This document shows positions 35,819 to 48,500 of a stretch of 64,000 nt of DNA, piece by piece (the stretch's first letter is position 1; the number at the start of each line of letters is the position of its first letter). The translations under genes were made by a program, and so were the position numbers. The DNA comes from Paraspadella gotoi (taxonomy: Eukaryota; Animalia; Chaetognatha), in contig CM119266.1 of NCBI GenBank assembly GCA_051294375.1, positions 3,699,530 to 3,763,529 on the forward strand. Reading direction: 5' to 3'. The notes under the pieces are model-generated. The model was not told where the DNA came from, ran no database searches, and saw nothing but the letters and a program-made list of their open reading frames with translations.

Positions 35819-38115
35819 TGGGGAATTCTTAAAAAAAATGAATTGAAGGGGATTTGATCGAGAATGGATTGATGGAGATTTAACGCGGATTTGAATTCTT
35901 TTAAATCTTTTTAGTTTTTGTCTTTCAATCTTCGGTGCTTTTTTGTTTTGAAACGCCACCTGACAAGGAAATCGCGAACTAAAAAAAAATGTTATTCATT
36001 TTTCATTGAATATAAATAAAATTCGAGTTTGACTGTCATTTGTATTCTATATAATATTGTCAATATGGTATGTAGAAACATGGAGAAAGCTTTTTTGTTG
36101 TAAAGAAAAAAAGATATTTTTAGGCTTTGATTACGATTATCTGTTAATCTAATTCAAACAATGGATTCCAGTTTCAGTGGGAAAGAAAATAACAGGAAAA
36201 ACTTGGAGGAAAATGGTGAATCATTTGACATCCTTTACTGAATATTTTACTGAACAATTTAAGGAACAGTTCGGTAAACTATAGATCTTTCCATCCACGA
36301 GACGGAAACTCAAAGGTGAGCGTGACAAAAGAAAATAGATACTTTTACTTTTACGGTGATTTATCATTGTAGCCGAAACATATCCGTCGTTTTTGAACTA
36401 CAGTAAAAATTTGTATTTGCTAGATATGATAGCAAGTGATTAGGATAAATCCTTTATTATGACAAAATTCTTTGAAATAACACCATCATCTAAGCTCATA
36501 AAAGATTTGTTTAAAACTGTATATTTGAATTTGGTACTGCCTACCTATTTTTCTCATGGGAGAATTAATTCCACGCTGGGGTCCAATCGCCTTTTTCCGA
36601 ATTTATCACTCAAATAATATAACCGATACCCTATAATTATGAAGAATTTAAAATCCTATTTTATTCTGTCAGAAAACCTGACAGAGTGACGAAGTCGCCC
36701 CCAGGTTGAAAACCGGTTTTTTGCTTCTAAAGACAACGCAGCCTGTTTGATCAATTTAAAATTCATATTTCTGATCGCGATAAATTAAAAAAGTTTTTAA
36801 CAGCTCAAAATTAAATTGAATGAAACGTTCTCAAAGAAAATGAACGATAGATTTTGGTGTCTCTTGTCAACAATCCGTGAGATCATCGGGACTCAACGGA
36901 CTAAACGGACCGCAGACTGTTAAGAAATGAAAGGGCGTTCACCCTCTCGGCTATTTCGACTCGTAAGTAAATTAAAGAAATGTTGTATAAGCTTATCAAA
37001 ATCAAAGTAATTGCTTTAAAAGTCAAAAAAATTTGAGTATCTGGTGGCTTTATAACTTCAGACGAATTAAAGCTGTTTCTTTTACATCGCTTCAGGCTTA
37101 AGGCTTAAGGCTTAAGCCTTAAGGCGTCCCTGGTTTGAGCCCAGTGGTTATCAAGTTGAAAGTGAAACGGACCGGGTAAACCGCTGGGAGGCATGGGCCA
37201 GTGGCCAGATTCAAGTGAATACAAATCAGTAGTTATTTTTCTTTTTTTACAAATATAGTAGCCTAGTTAGCTTATTTTGTATATAGGGCTACCCTTATAT
37301 AATGTCAAAATTTCAAAATGTTTTTTTTTTAAATTCTGAGAACAGCTTCAGATTCCTCGTAAAAAGTTGATGAAAGAAAATATAAATCTTTTTAAAAAAA
37401 TATATCATTAAGTAGGTTAAAATTACAAAAAACTATATTTTTAAGCTGGAAATTGAAAATTGGCGTTTTAAATATAGTTTTAAAAATTTTTGACCAATTT
37501 AATGAAATAATTTTAAAAAAGAGCAAGAAATTCAAATCCGATCTTAAAATTAAAATATTTTCGTTTTAAATTTTAGCCTATTATATACTTATTATATATA
37601 AATATAGCTCACTGGTTCCTACTAATGCAAAAAATTAAAAATAAATTTACCAAAGTATTTTTATTAGTTTTTATTTTCATATTTTATATGCTAAATTTTA
37701 ATTTTATAAAATTTTATTATTTTTACTTCACTTAGAGGGTACGGACAGTTGAAGTTTCTTTTTACCAAATAAAATAAATCGTTGTTTGCTAACAGGACTC
37801 ATCCTCTTAAAATGTCTTAAAACTTGCTTCACGTTTCAATGTGTATTATTTTGACTGTTTTGAATATCAGAGGCCATTGAATATCGTGACATTATTATCT
37901 GCAATTTCTCCCAATTCAGGCGACTAATCGAGTTTAGCAACGGATCGATCCGGATTTTGAAAGTAGCGAAAAAATGACTGAATAAAAAAACGCCCGACAT
38001 TAAAAAAAGGATTTCAATCACAAATAGGAAAATTTCGATCGACTTCGTTTAGGAAAAAAACAAACAACAAGATCGACCCAAACATGTCCTCGCGTTAGAC
38101 TTTCTCCCAGCAAAC

Positions 38116-40876
38116 ATGTCAAGCCCAATCGATTCTTTGGCCTCCGAGTCGGACCCGAGAACACCTCCGATGGTGCCGCTGACGAACCGCTTGGTTTGTA
38201 TCGGTTTGGCGACGCTGGCGACACTCTCCAGCGCCTACGAGAGCCTCCTCGTTGACGCGCCCGGCATCTTGGACGGCGCTTGGACTCTCGCCTACGTCTT
38301 ATTCGTTTCCATCTTCATCAACATTCCAATCAGTTTGGGAAGAAGAAAGGATTGGACAACCGATTCACTCTCTGCTTTCAACATTGTCGCTCTCTGCTTC
38401 AAATCTGCTTTAGAATTCCCCGCTATTCTTTTCAGGTCAGCCAACTCTATTATGGATAATAAGGCGGCCCAAAATTTATCACTTTTTATCATGTTCCGTA
38501 TTATAGAATTATTTTATTCATTATATATTATACATAGTGAGGCGACTTACCACCGGTCTCTCTCTCTAAACCCTTCCTCTCTCAAGTCAATCGCCCCATC
38601 CACTTATGAGTAATTGGCGTTCAAATAGTGATATATATATATATATATATCACTATATATATCATAATATGGTGCCAAAGAAAGAAAACTAGTTTCCTTC
38701 GATGCTATCACCATATTCAAAACATGTCTGTTTTAATAAAACAAGTTTGAGCAAACAATGTCGGATCTGCCCACGATCATTGTCGAAAATTAATTAATTA
38801 ATTAATTAATTAATTTGATCCGAAGGATGGACGGACATCATTTTTTTTTGCATAATATATCATAAATGGATGTTCTGACAAAGTGAATTATAGAGACGGG
38901 ATCTGCTGATAAGCAGATCCGACTAAAAATTTTCTGTTGTTAAAATTGGGACGTTTGCGATAGGCTCGGGTCATTGGCTTGTCATGGGCTGAGAAGATAT
39001 GACTGTAAAGTGTGACATTTCGGGACCTGGTAGTGATCCTCCTGGGAAAATGCATAACGCCACTTGAATATCTTTTTGGCCTGATAGGCCTGCCGACGGC
39101 CCTCCTCTCACCTGACGGTGGGTGGGCGATTGCCTGTTCTTGCCTGCTTTGGTGCAGGAGATACAGACTCCTCTCCCTCCTCCTGTAGCCGTCGTTTTGG
39201 ACGACGCCCAGTGTGAGAAGAGTCATGCCAGGTTGCTACAGGCTCGGGAGAGGTATCGGTTGTCCATTGCCTGCTGGGAGGTCTCGCCTGACCCGTTGAG
39301 TGGGGGCAGGGGAATCACCGTGCGGTTGGGGCGGCTCTGGGCGTTCCACCACCAACTTGATAAGCGAATCATAGCTTGGAGGGAGATCGAAACGTCCTCC
39401 ATCACGGTTTCAGAGAGGGCTCGAGGGCTTTGATGTAGATAGCCTCTCTAATAACTCATAACTGATGAAGACTCTAAAACTCAAGAGTCGAAACATGTCT
39501 TAATAATAATACAATTCGTTAATAAAAACAAATAAATTGTTTTTTCTCCCAAATTTCAAAACGCAACGAAATTGATAGTTTATACAAAATGTTGTTAAAA
39601 TAAAAATTTTGTTTTCCTTAATTCTCAGTTCAAACACAATGGATCAAAAGAAAACAATTTTTATGTTTTATTATTATCTAGGAAAAAAGTATATAATATA
39701 ATTCATTTATTCAATAAAAAGTATACAAAACATGGGTAAAACATTTTCAATAATTGGTATGCCCTTCCTCGGCATTGACTATAAATGCTAAACAATGCTT
39801 CACTAGTTAAAAAAGTGATATGAAGGACGAAAGCATAATAATAAAAAGTAATAAAATTTGGCCCGCCTTAATTTTCAACCAATATTTTTTTAACTCGATG
39901 TCTAGGAAACATTTTCACGTTTTACCAACAGCTACGTGGCCATCAAGCTATGTCCAGTCGGAGATGCAGTGGCCCTCTACAACCTCAGCGCAGTATGGAC
40001 GCCACTACTAGAGTGTCTCATCAAACGGCGTCGACCAACCGTAGCGATGATTGTCAGCGTCGTCTTGACCGTCGCCGGGGTAGTTCTCATCACCCGACCT
40101 CACTTCCTTTGGGGTATCGATGCCAGCCAACTCAAATTTGATGAAACTTATCCGAATCTGGCCCGGGGTTATACTTTCGCCCTCGCGGGTTCTCTCTGTT
40201 TATCCCTTTCCTTGCTGCTGGTTTCATACTATGAGAATATTCACTGGACTTACTGGGTCATTTTCTTCACCCCTGTGGGCGTTGTAGAGGTGCCCTTTAT
40301 GCTTTGGGCTACCAACAACTTCACAGTGCCAATCGTCCCCTTCGATCCCGGAGTGCTTCTCTTATACTTTTCCGGCTTCTTGGTCGGCGTGTTCAGCATG
40401 ATGGCGCAGATCCTCGCCGTCTTGGCCGTACAGGTGAGGAGGTAGCTTCTTTAGTAGAAATTGTAATGTAATCATACAGTTTCCAAGAATGTTAATGTAA
40501 ATATTTTTCTTCTCATCCTCGAAAGGTTGACTGCGCGGCGACGGTCTCAATTACTTGTACTCTGGAAATTCCTTTTAGTTATGTGCTTGGCCTTTTGTTT
40601 GAGAATGAGATGCCCTCCTACACCTCTGTGTCCGGGGCTTTGATCATCACACTCGCCATCCTCATTCTTGCCGACGTTCATAGGCTCTGCAAAATAATCT
40701 GCGACGATAACGAAGAGCGACATCGACGGACGTCATCGGCGCTGGAGTGCTTGAAGAACCGTTGCTGCTGCTGCATCAAAGAAAAAATGGGATGGAGAGA
40801 GAGAGAGGAGGGAAAACCCCTCAGAGCTCAGAGTTCCGAAGCCGAAAGTTGGGCCACCGCTTTTGACGACGACTAA
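38116..40876 (+). CDS. SLC35G/EamA-type (DMT superfamily) multi-pass transporter, 3 exons, ~390 aa
   Basis: join(38116..38435,39932..40433,40526..40876) = 1173 nt; GT-AG, phase-consistent. Many hydrophobic helices; SYVAIKLCPVGDAVALYNLSAVWT, GVVLITRPHFLWG and TVSITCTLEIPFSYVLGLLFENEMPSYTSVSGALII resemble SLC35G proteins. Confidence 0.85.
38739..38929 (-). mobile_element. DINE-1/Helentron-like non-autonomous element (family H1); partial copies ~2688-3100, 27183-27240, 31356-31700, 45150-45320, 52040-52378, 63914-63960
   Basis: 5' TTTTTAGTCGGATCTGC...GCAGAT hairpin; 3' sub-terminal inverted repeat GCAGATCCGAC followed by ...CTTGTTT; GTCC/GTCT microsatellite core in the longer copies. Confidence 0.75.
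38947..39589 (-). mobile_element. 5'-truncated Penelope-like retroelement: GIY-YIG endonuclease C-terminus plus an inverted ribozyme-bearing pLTR, in intron 1 of the transporter gene
   Basis: Minus strand ~39455-39360 reads IREAIYIKALEPSL(+1 frameshift)NRDGGRFDLPPSYDSLI, typical of the PLE GIY-YIG end; 12-bp TSD TGTTGTTAAAAT (38935-38946/39590-39601). Confidence 0.85.
39459..39502 (+). ncRNA. Minimal type I hammerhead ribozyme (PLE-type)
   Basis: TAA-CTGATGA-A-GACTCT-aaaactca-AGAGTC-GAAAC-ATGTC-TTA: canonical core, 6-bp stem II, GUC cleavage triplet. Confidence 0.82.
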
Positions 40877-43029
40877 CTAATATGGGAATTACGTAGTAAT
40901 AAATAAAACTTTAGGTAATTTGGAAAGAAATAAATGAATGTTTGTTTTTTATTGTGAAATAAAAACGTACATGTTTCGACTCTTGTTGTTTTATAAGCGT
41001 TAGTTTGAATTAAAAGTATGATTAAGATTCCTATAAATTTCCCTTCTATTTACTATTGTATAGCCAAGGCCAAAAGCAATTATATCAATATGGGCAGATT
41101 TCAAAAGCTTGGCGTCTTGGCCAACGGAGGTAGAGCGTGATTAAAATTCTCATCTGATCATACCCAGAGATGGTATTGAAATCGACTGGTCAGGCCGTTT
41201 TTACTCTTTTCCCAGAAAAACCGACTGGTACTTTTATAAAACAGGACCAGAAAGAGTCGGCAGGACTTCGCACCCAGGCACCTCCACCTCCTCCTCCTTC
41301 TAGGGGTTTCGAGCCCAGGGTTGAGGTTCGTCACTCACGCTTCTTCTCTCTTTCTCTCTCCCAGTCCTTTCCCGTTCACCGTTTTCTTAAGCGCTTACAT
41401 AAACAATTATATTATTATTATTATATTCCCATTTTTCCCATCATTTTCCTCGTCCTTACTTAGACTCAGTCTGAGCAACGACAACACGCAACCTTGATAT
41501 TAGTGACTGAATGACCCCAGGGATTCGATCCGAGGATGGGAAGTCTTGTTACCTGGAATTACAGCTCAGAGCCAACCAAGCAACTGAGAACTCAGAATTC
41601 AAAACTTTTATTTATAGCTTTAAATAGAAACTGAATTAAATCTCCCTTCTGAAGATGGCTCGATATAAAATTTGTTTTGTTTATTATGTTTTCCTTAGTT
41701 TGTTAACTGAATAATTTCAGTGTCGATTATCTCCTTTCCTATCATCTTTTTTATCACAACATTTATCACAAGTGATTTTTATTGAATTCATCCAATGTAG
41801 AAAATACATTATAGGAAAGATGAGAAAAACTAATTCAAATGAATTAAACCTTTATCTTAATAAAAGGATTAACATCTCAAATAATTCGAATTAAATAATC
41901 TCTGAATCAAATCGATTTTAACTAAATCTGAAACAAAGATAAACTCATCGTCACACTTTCCCTGCTATATCAACTCAAATGATAAATATCATTCGAAGTC
42001 AACATTTTAGAACTGTAACTCACGCTGTGACTGGCCTCCATGCCTTGCCACAGGCAAGGGGTAGGGTTAGGCAAGTATGACGCAGCTCATAAACGCTCAG
42101 TTTGATCTGGCAATAAGGGGACAGTTCTCACAGCACTCTGCCACTGTTCCCTACAACTGTTTATTTTTTAACCACAACGGGAAATCCCCGCCACGTTTTT
42201 TGAAGAGGATTGCAGAATGAAACCCGATCCCGCCGCGAATACCGAGAATAAATCCCCGTTGGGAAGCCATCACAACTCCCACACTCTCTCTCTCTCTTTT
42301 TCTTTTTCAATAACTCTTTTTCCTCTTTCTCTCTCTCTTACTCTCTTTGTATTCCTTTATTTTTTTTATTTTACTTTATTTTTTTCTCTTTCTTTTTTTT
42401 GTTAGGGTTATATACTGTTTATAATTTTATTTTATTTTTCTTTCTTTTTTAATTTCTTTTTTTTAATTTTTAAATTTTTTTTTCATCTCTTTCTTTTTGT
42501 CTTTTTTTGTCTTACTTTTTCTGTCTTTAATATTCCTGTAGTGATTAAAAATATTACAAAAGGAAACAAAGAAAAATTTCAATCTGTGACCCTCATTGTT
42601 ATCGCCTTTGCGATAGCTTGAAGCCCAGAAAAACAAGGAACGTTTGAGAGAGAGAGAGAGAAAAAGAATAAGCCATTTTCTTGTCCCTGTCATAAATTGG
42701 GGGGGGGGGATGTGCCGGGAATGATATCCCCGGCGAAGCCCGCCGCACGGCCTGCGCAAAGTTTGAATGTTTAAACTGCAAGGATTTGGACCGCATAATA
42801 TCTCGGGTTAGGGTTAAGGTTAAGGTTAAGGTTAAGGTTAAGGTTAAGGATGTAACCGCTCGAGGTGATTATATCACTTACAGAAATAAAGTCACTGCTC
42901 TCGAGATCGAACCCAGACTCGATCTCTTGCAACAGAGGATTCCCAGTCTACAGCCAACCAGACCCCTCGAAACACCCAACTTCGAATTTCAACCAAAAGC
43001 ATTTCAGGTTTAGGGTTAGGGTTAAGGGG

Positions 43030-44161
43030 TAGAGTTCCGATAACCGTTAATTTTTTAGGAAATTCGCCTAACCGTTAAAACTAACATTTTTAACAGTTAA
43101 CTGTTAAGATCGGTTAATTTTATAATTTAACTTTAAATTTAAAATATTAAGATTTAAAACAAACTAAAGTATTTAATGGTATTTTCTCTTTAACTCTGGC
43201 TCTTGAATGCGCTGATAAAGACTTGAAACTGTTTTTTATGTCAAATAAAATTGTTGTTGTAACAAAACAAATATTTTTCCTAATCTCATAACACAACGAA
43301 ACGAAAGGATACCATCAAATTCTAATTCTATATTTTGTTTTCTCTTTCTCTCTTTTTCTTTCTCTTTTTCTTTCTCTACTTCTTCTCTTCCTCATTATTG
43401 TCATAGTTGTTAGTTTTTTAAACGCTTGTTTTCTGTTGTTAGTCTTTCATAAACTATGACCAATAGTCATTGACCATAAATATAAATATGAATTTTAATT
43501 TATTGATAGACTGGTTGATTTATCAATTGATCAAAATATTTATTGATTAATAAATATATTTTTCAGTTTAATTAAAAAGTATATCATCATTATTCTTTTT
43601 TATATGTCTTTTTTAAGATTTGTTCCTTCTATTATTAATTTTTAAATTTTTTAAAATAATTTTTTTATTGGTTTTTTATTCATTCTTTTCATTCATTCGG
43701 TTTTATTTCATTTGCTTCTTTGTTAATTTTAAAGAGGGAAAGAAAAAGAGAGAAAAAATAAAATAAGAGGGATTATTTATTTTTAGCTAAATTGAATATA
43801 TATTATTGCATGAAAGGGCAAAAAAAAGGAAAAAGGAAAAGGAGGAGATAAATAAAGGGGAAGAAAGAATAAGAGAGAGATGAGGATAGAAAAAAAAGAA
43901 GAAAATAACAAAGGAAAAAAGCAGGGAAAATTGGAGAAGAGAGAGAGGGGTAAAAATATGGTGAGAAGGGGAGAGGAGAATAAGAGAGAACAGAAAAAAA
44001 ATAGTTTTTTTTTAAATTTAAAGATTTCATACCAAAAAATGAAAAAAATAACATTTGAAAATTAACCGAATTTAACCATTAAAATAAATATATTAACGGT
44101 TAAGTTAAAATTATTTTTAACCGTTAATAACCGTTAACAGTTAACGGTTATCGGAACACTA
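43030..44161. mobile_element. hAT-like MITE
   Basis: TIRs TAGAGTTCCGATAACCGTTAA / TTAACGGTTATCGGAACACTA; 8-bp TSD TTAAGGGG/TTGAGGGG; subterminal AACCGTTAA motifs. Confidence 0.8.
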
Positions 44162-45387
44162 TTGAGGGGTTAGGGTTAGCGTTAGGGTTAGGGGGTTTGG
44201 GTTACGCTTGTGGCAAGGAACCGGAGGCCAGCCACAGCGTGACGGAGGTGACGTGATAACATGATGATAATGTTTATCTTCATGTTGACATCGCAGGGAA
44301 AACGTGCACGATCATCAAATTTTTCAAGTAAATTCAATTGATTTAAATCGATAACAAAGTTTTATTTAAATGTGATTTGATTGACGACTTTACTTTTATT
44401 ATTTATTATTTATTATTATTATTGAAGATAAAGTTTTTATCTATCTTTGCAAATGTACTCATTACATTAAGATTTCAGGATAAAGTTATTTGAGATAAAA
44501 ACATTGATAAATAATTTTATTTGCGATGAATATCAAGACAAGACTGATTGATCTCAGTCAACAATCAATAAGGTAAACAATCAGTAAAGAATCTACTAAC
44601 AAAAGTTTTCACAGTTGATCTATCTTGTGGTGACAAAGTTTTACAATTGATAAAGAAAAGATATCATATTTTCTTCAATTCTATTGTTTAGGTTTTTGAG
44701 TTAAATTTATCAGCCGTCTGGTTGGCAGTGGGCTGTAAAGCCAGGCGTCCCAGAACTCGAATACCGGGATCAAATCCTGGCGCGGTCGGATTTATTTCCA
44801 ATTTGTAATTGGAGATATTCCATTCGAGAGGCTTCCTACATCCCCCGCTGTTGGGATATATGGGTTAAATAATATTCCAAAATAAAATGTTGTCGTCCTC
44901 GAATGTTTGAAATGTATGATGTTTAAACATTATTAAAATTTATCGGGATAAAAATTATTAAAATTCTTTCATAAAATCGATTGACTTTGACCGACTTTTC
45001 TTAACATTGTAAAATCAACAAATAATAGCCAATGATTTGCAAAATTTACAAATTAAAATTTCAAAATATTAAAATATACAGTAAAACATTGGAAAATTGG
45101 TTGTCAGAGCCGCCGCCGAGGATGCTGATGGAGGAAGATGGATAAAGAACAGGTTCTGACAGCCAATTAGTCCGACAGCGGGGATTTTGTAATTTTTTAG
45201 TTGGATGTGTGTAGTTAGGAAAGTGTATGATTGAGCTGGATATAAAGTTTAGATGGAATTGTGCGAGTAAAAATGAATTTAAATTGAAAAAAAAAACGTC
45301 AAGTTAACTTGAATTTTACTCATGAAAGTTTTAATTAAGTAAAAAAATAATATAAGTAATTGCCAAAAAAGTACAAATATTTAAATT

Positions 45388-45596
45388 TAGGGTTAGGGTT
45401 AGGAGGGTTAGGGGTTAGGTAGGGTTAGGGTTAGGGTTAGGGTTAGTAGGTTAGGTTAGGGTTAGGGTTAGGGTTAGGGTTAGGGTTAGGTAGGTTAGGG
45501 TTAGGGTTAGGGTTAGGGTTAGGGTTAGGGTTAGGGTTAGGGTTAGGGTTAGGGTTAGGGTTAGGTTAGGGTTAGGGTTAGGGTTAGGAGTAGGGT
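45388..45596 (+). repeat. Interstitial telomere-like (GGGTTA)n array
   Basis: ~210 bp of TTAGGG units directly left of the Gypsy LTR; shorter degenerate tracts at ~19677-19770, 25440-25478, 42805-42850, 43010-43029 and 44165-44204. Confidence 0.95.
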
Positions 45597-48500
45597 TGTA
45601 GCCTTTTAAACCCCTGCACATTAATTAATATACTTTATTTAATTAAGTTAACCGAATCATATTTTTAATTATTAATTTTATTATTATAAATAGTCACGAA
45701 TACATTTAATAACGTTCACAGTTATATCGAACTCGATATTAATTATTTACTAATTAAATAAATTGTCTATCGCTGGGATTCGAACCAGCGACCTTGCCGC
45801 CCAGGGATCAAACCCTTTTTAACCACTCAGCCATTGAGTTATCTGATTGAGCAAAGTCTTATCAGGCTTATTAACAAGAGGCCTGTCATTCGATGTACCT
45901 TTTGTTTTCCTATAACTAGTTCAAACCTAGCTTCATCGTCATGGTTACTAGATGGATCCTGGCGGTTGATCACGTGACTACTAAGCTTACTTCTGTGATT
46001 GGATTCGGTCTAGTATTTCACTCTCTTGATACATGCGCCTGTGCCAGGGTGTTCGCCTGTACCTACAACTGGTGAGGCCCAACTCAAAGAATAAAACCAA
46101 CCTTCTGAACTAAATAACTCTACCTATCAAACGCCTTAGAAATTTTTCATCATAACAATAGAACTATCCAACTCGAATCTGCCTTAAGAAACTTATTCAT
46201 CAAATCTAGTCTGTATCTAATTCGATTCTAAAATCTCTATTCTAACAACAAATACACCAACGAGATGAACAAGCAAGATGTCAGCGGATTTAACTTACTC
46301 CTCAGGTAGGACAAGAAGTGAATGAATTTAGGCTGAAGTCTTGCCTTCTCCTAACCACCCACCTCTCTCCTCCCTTCAACCTTTCTCAATCTTTCAAATT
46401 CGACGGATGAGCGGTCCCGCCAGCAGCACCCGCGCCAAACTGGCGCAAACCGGAAGTCAATCTCCAGCAGCTCGCGAGACGCTAGCGCCGCCACTTCTCG
46501 GTTTTCGGCCGAGGCCGTCGAACGCCACGACTTCTCCAAATCCCGAGGCAGCCGCCAGCAACTTCACTTTCCGTCAGCGCACGATCTCGACCCCAGATGG
46601 CGAGGCACCACGACCGGCGCGCTGGCAGCCGCAGCAGCCGCCGGACCCACAAGCAGAGCTCGTTCGCGCCCGTCGGCCGCCACGCTGGCGGCGTCGTTAT
46701 CCAGCATCGGCCTTAAAAAGCCGAAAACTTCCCGATTTCGACCAGGATAACGTCGAGTTGTGGATGCCAACGTGTGGAGGCCGCCATACGCGCGCCGGCA
46801 CGACCTCCTCGAGGGAAAAATTCGCTTTCCTCGAAGATAAATTCGCCGTCGATCTAATCACGGATTAATGAATATCTCTTCGCCCTGCACCGACGCGCAT
46901 TGGACCTCCTTTCTTCTCCTACTTCGATCCGAATATGGCAGAACACGATCTCAGCAGGCTTCTTGCCCTCATCGACGGAATCCGCCGCGAAGGCGCCGCC
47001 CTCCCAGCTGCTCTCAATTATGAAGGAGAAAGCAGGCAAAGTGACAATCGACGATATAATGAAGGAGTTGGTTACTGCGTGAACTCCCGACGGAAGTGCA
47101 ACGCAGTTTGGCAGAGAGAGTCGAGCTCGTCGACGCCGAGGCAGCCGCCAAGTGGCCGACGCCTATTTCGACCGTGAAGAAAAATCCTTCACCCAACGAC
47201 GGCCTCCGCTTCGCCGTCGACGCGACGATTCAACCGCTGATGCCCGAAGACAAACAGGCCCTCAAGGACGACGTCACGCTGTGAATCGACACGACACGTT
47301 CACAGCCTCGTCGACCTTTCAATGCATCCAGGCGACCCTTCAATCCGCAAGGCGCAGAGTGAGTCCACAGGGATCAGCAAAACAAAACATACTCGAGTGG
47401 ATATTTGCTATTACCACAAAAAGTTTGGCGACTCAGCCAGAGATGCGAACCCGGATGTTACAAGCAACACTCGGAAAACTCGAAGGCCGGCGGTCGGAAG
47501 TGAACTCCGTACCGACCGGCCCCAATCATTGACAGTCAAGACGCATTGCTCTTTGTTCACGAACAAATCGAATCGACTCAACTGGTTGATAGATGCGGCG
47601 CCACAGTTTCAATTGTTCCGCCATTCAAAACAGGAAAAGAGAACGAGGAGCCACAGAGACGAAGTTAAGGCTGCCAATGGTACTACAATCACCTGTACGG
47701 GTACCGAAGTGTACAGGTCCACCTCGGAAGGCGAGTTTTTCCCTTCACTGTCACCGTAGCAGACGTGACCCAACCACTGCTCGGTCTCTGATTTTTCTAG
47801 CCGAGCACTACTTGGCCCCAATCATCGCGATGGGTTTTTATAGACTGATGATTTCAGTAGTATACCAGCGTCTCGTGCCAACAAGCAGCAACCAGTTAGA
47901 ATAAATTTCGTAGACCAGGCCGATGATCCGTACTACAAACTTTTAGATTTCGTACGAAGATCTATGCACCCCCTCATTCAAACCAAAAGATCCAAAACAA
48001 CGGTGTAGTGCGTCATTATATCCCCACGGACAGGACGCCCAGTTCAATCTCGAGCTCGACGCCTGCCCGAAAAACTCGAAGTCGCTAAGAAAGGAGCTAG
48101 ACAAATTATGTCAATAGGCATAGCCAGGCGCGCAAAAATGAATGGGCATCCCCTCTTCTTGTGGTTAATAAACCTGACGCGGCCACCGCGTCTGTGGCGA
48201 CTTCCGCCGCCTAAACAACGCCACAATCGATGACAAGTATCCTGTCAAAACCGCTGAATGATTTTATTCCAACCTAAGTGGCAAACGCGTTTCAGCAAGA
48301 TCTATTTATTAAGGGCTATCACCAAATCCCGGTGGCAGAACAAGACGTGGAGAAAACCGGCGTGATAACCCCTTTTGGATTATTTGTCTTTCCCCGTACA
48401 CCATTTGGATTAAAACGCCGGCCAAGATTTTCAGCGTTTAATGGATGAATCTTGGACGGCCTCCCTTATCTCTTCGTCTATATCGACGACATACTCGTCG

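Noticed and set aside
42679-42800. G-run followed by TGTGCCGGG hairpin as PPT plus 3' LTR
   Set aside because: No matching 5' LTR, PBS or TSD found.
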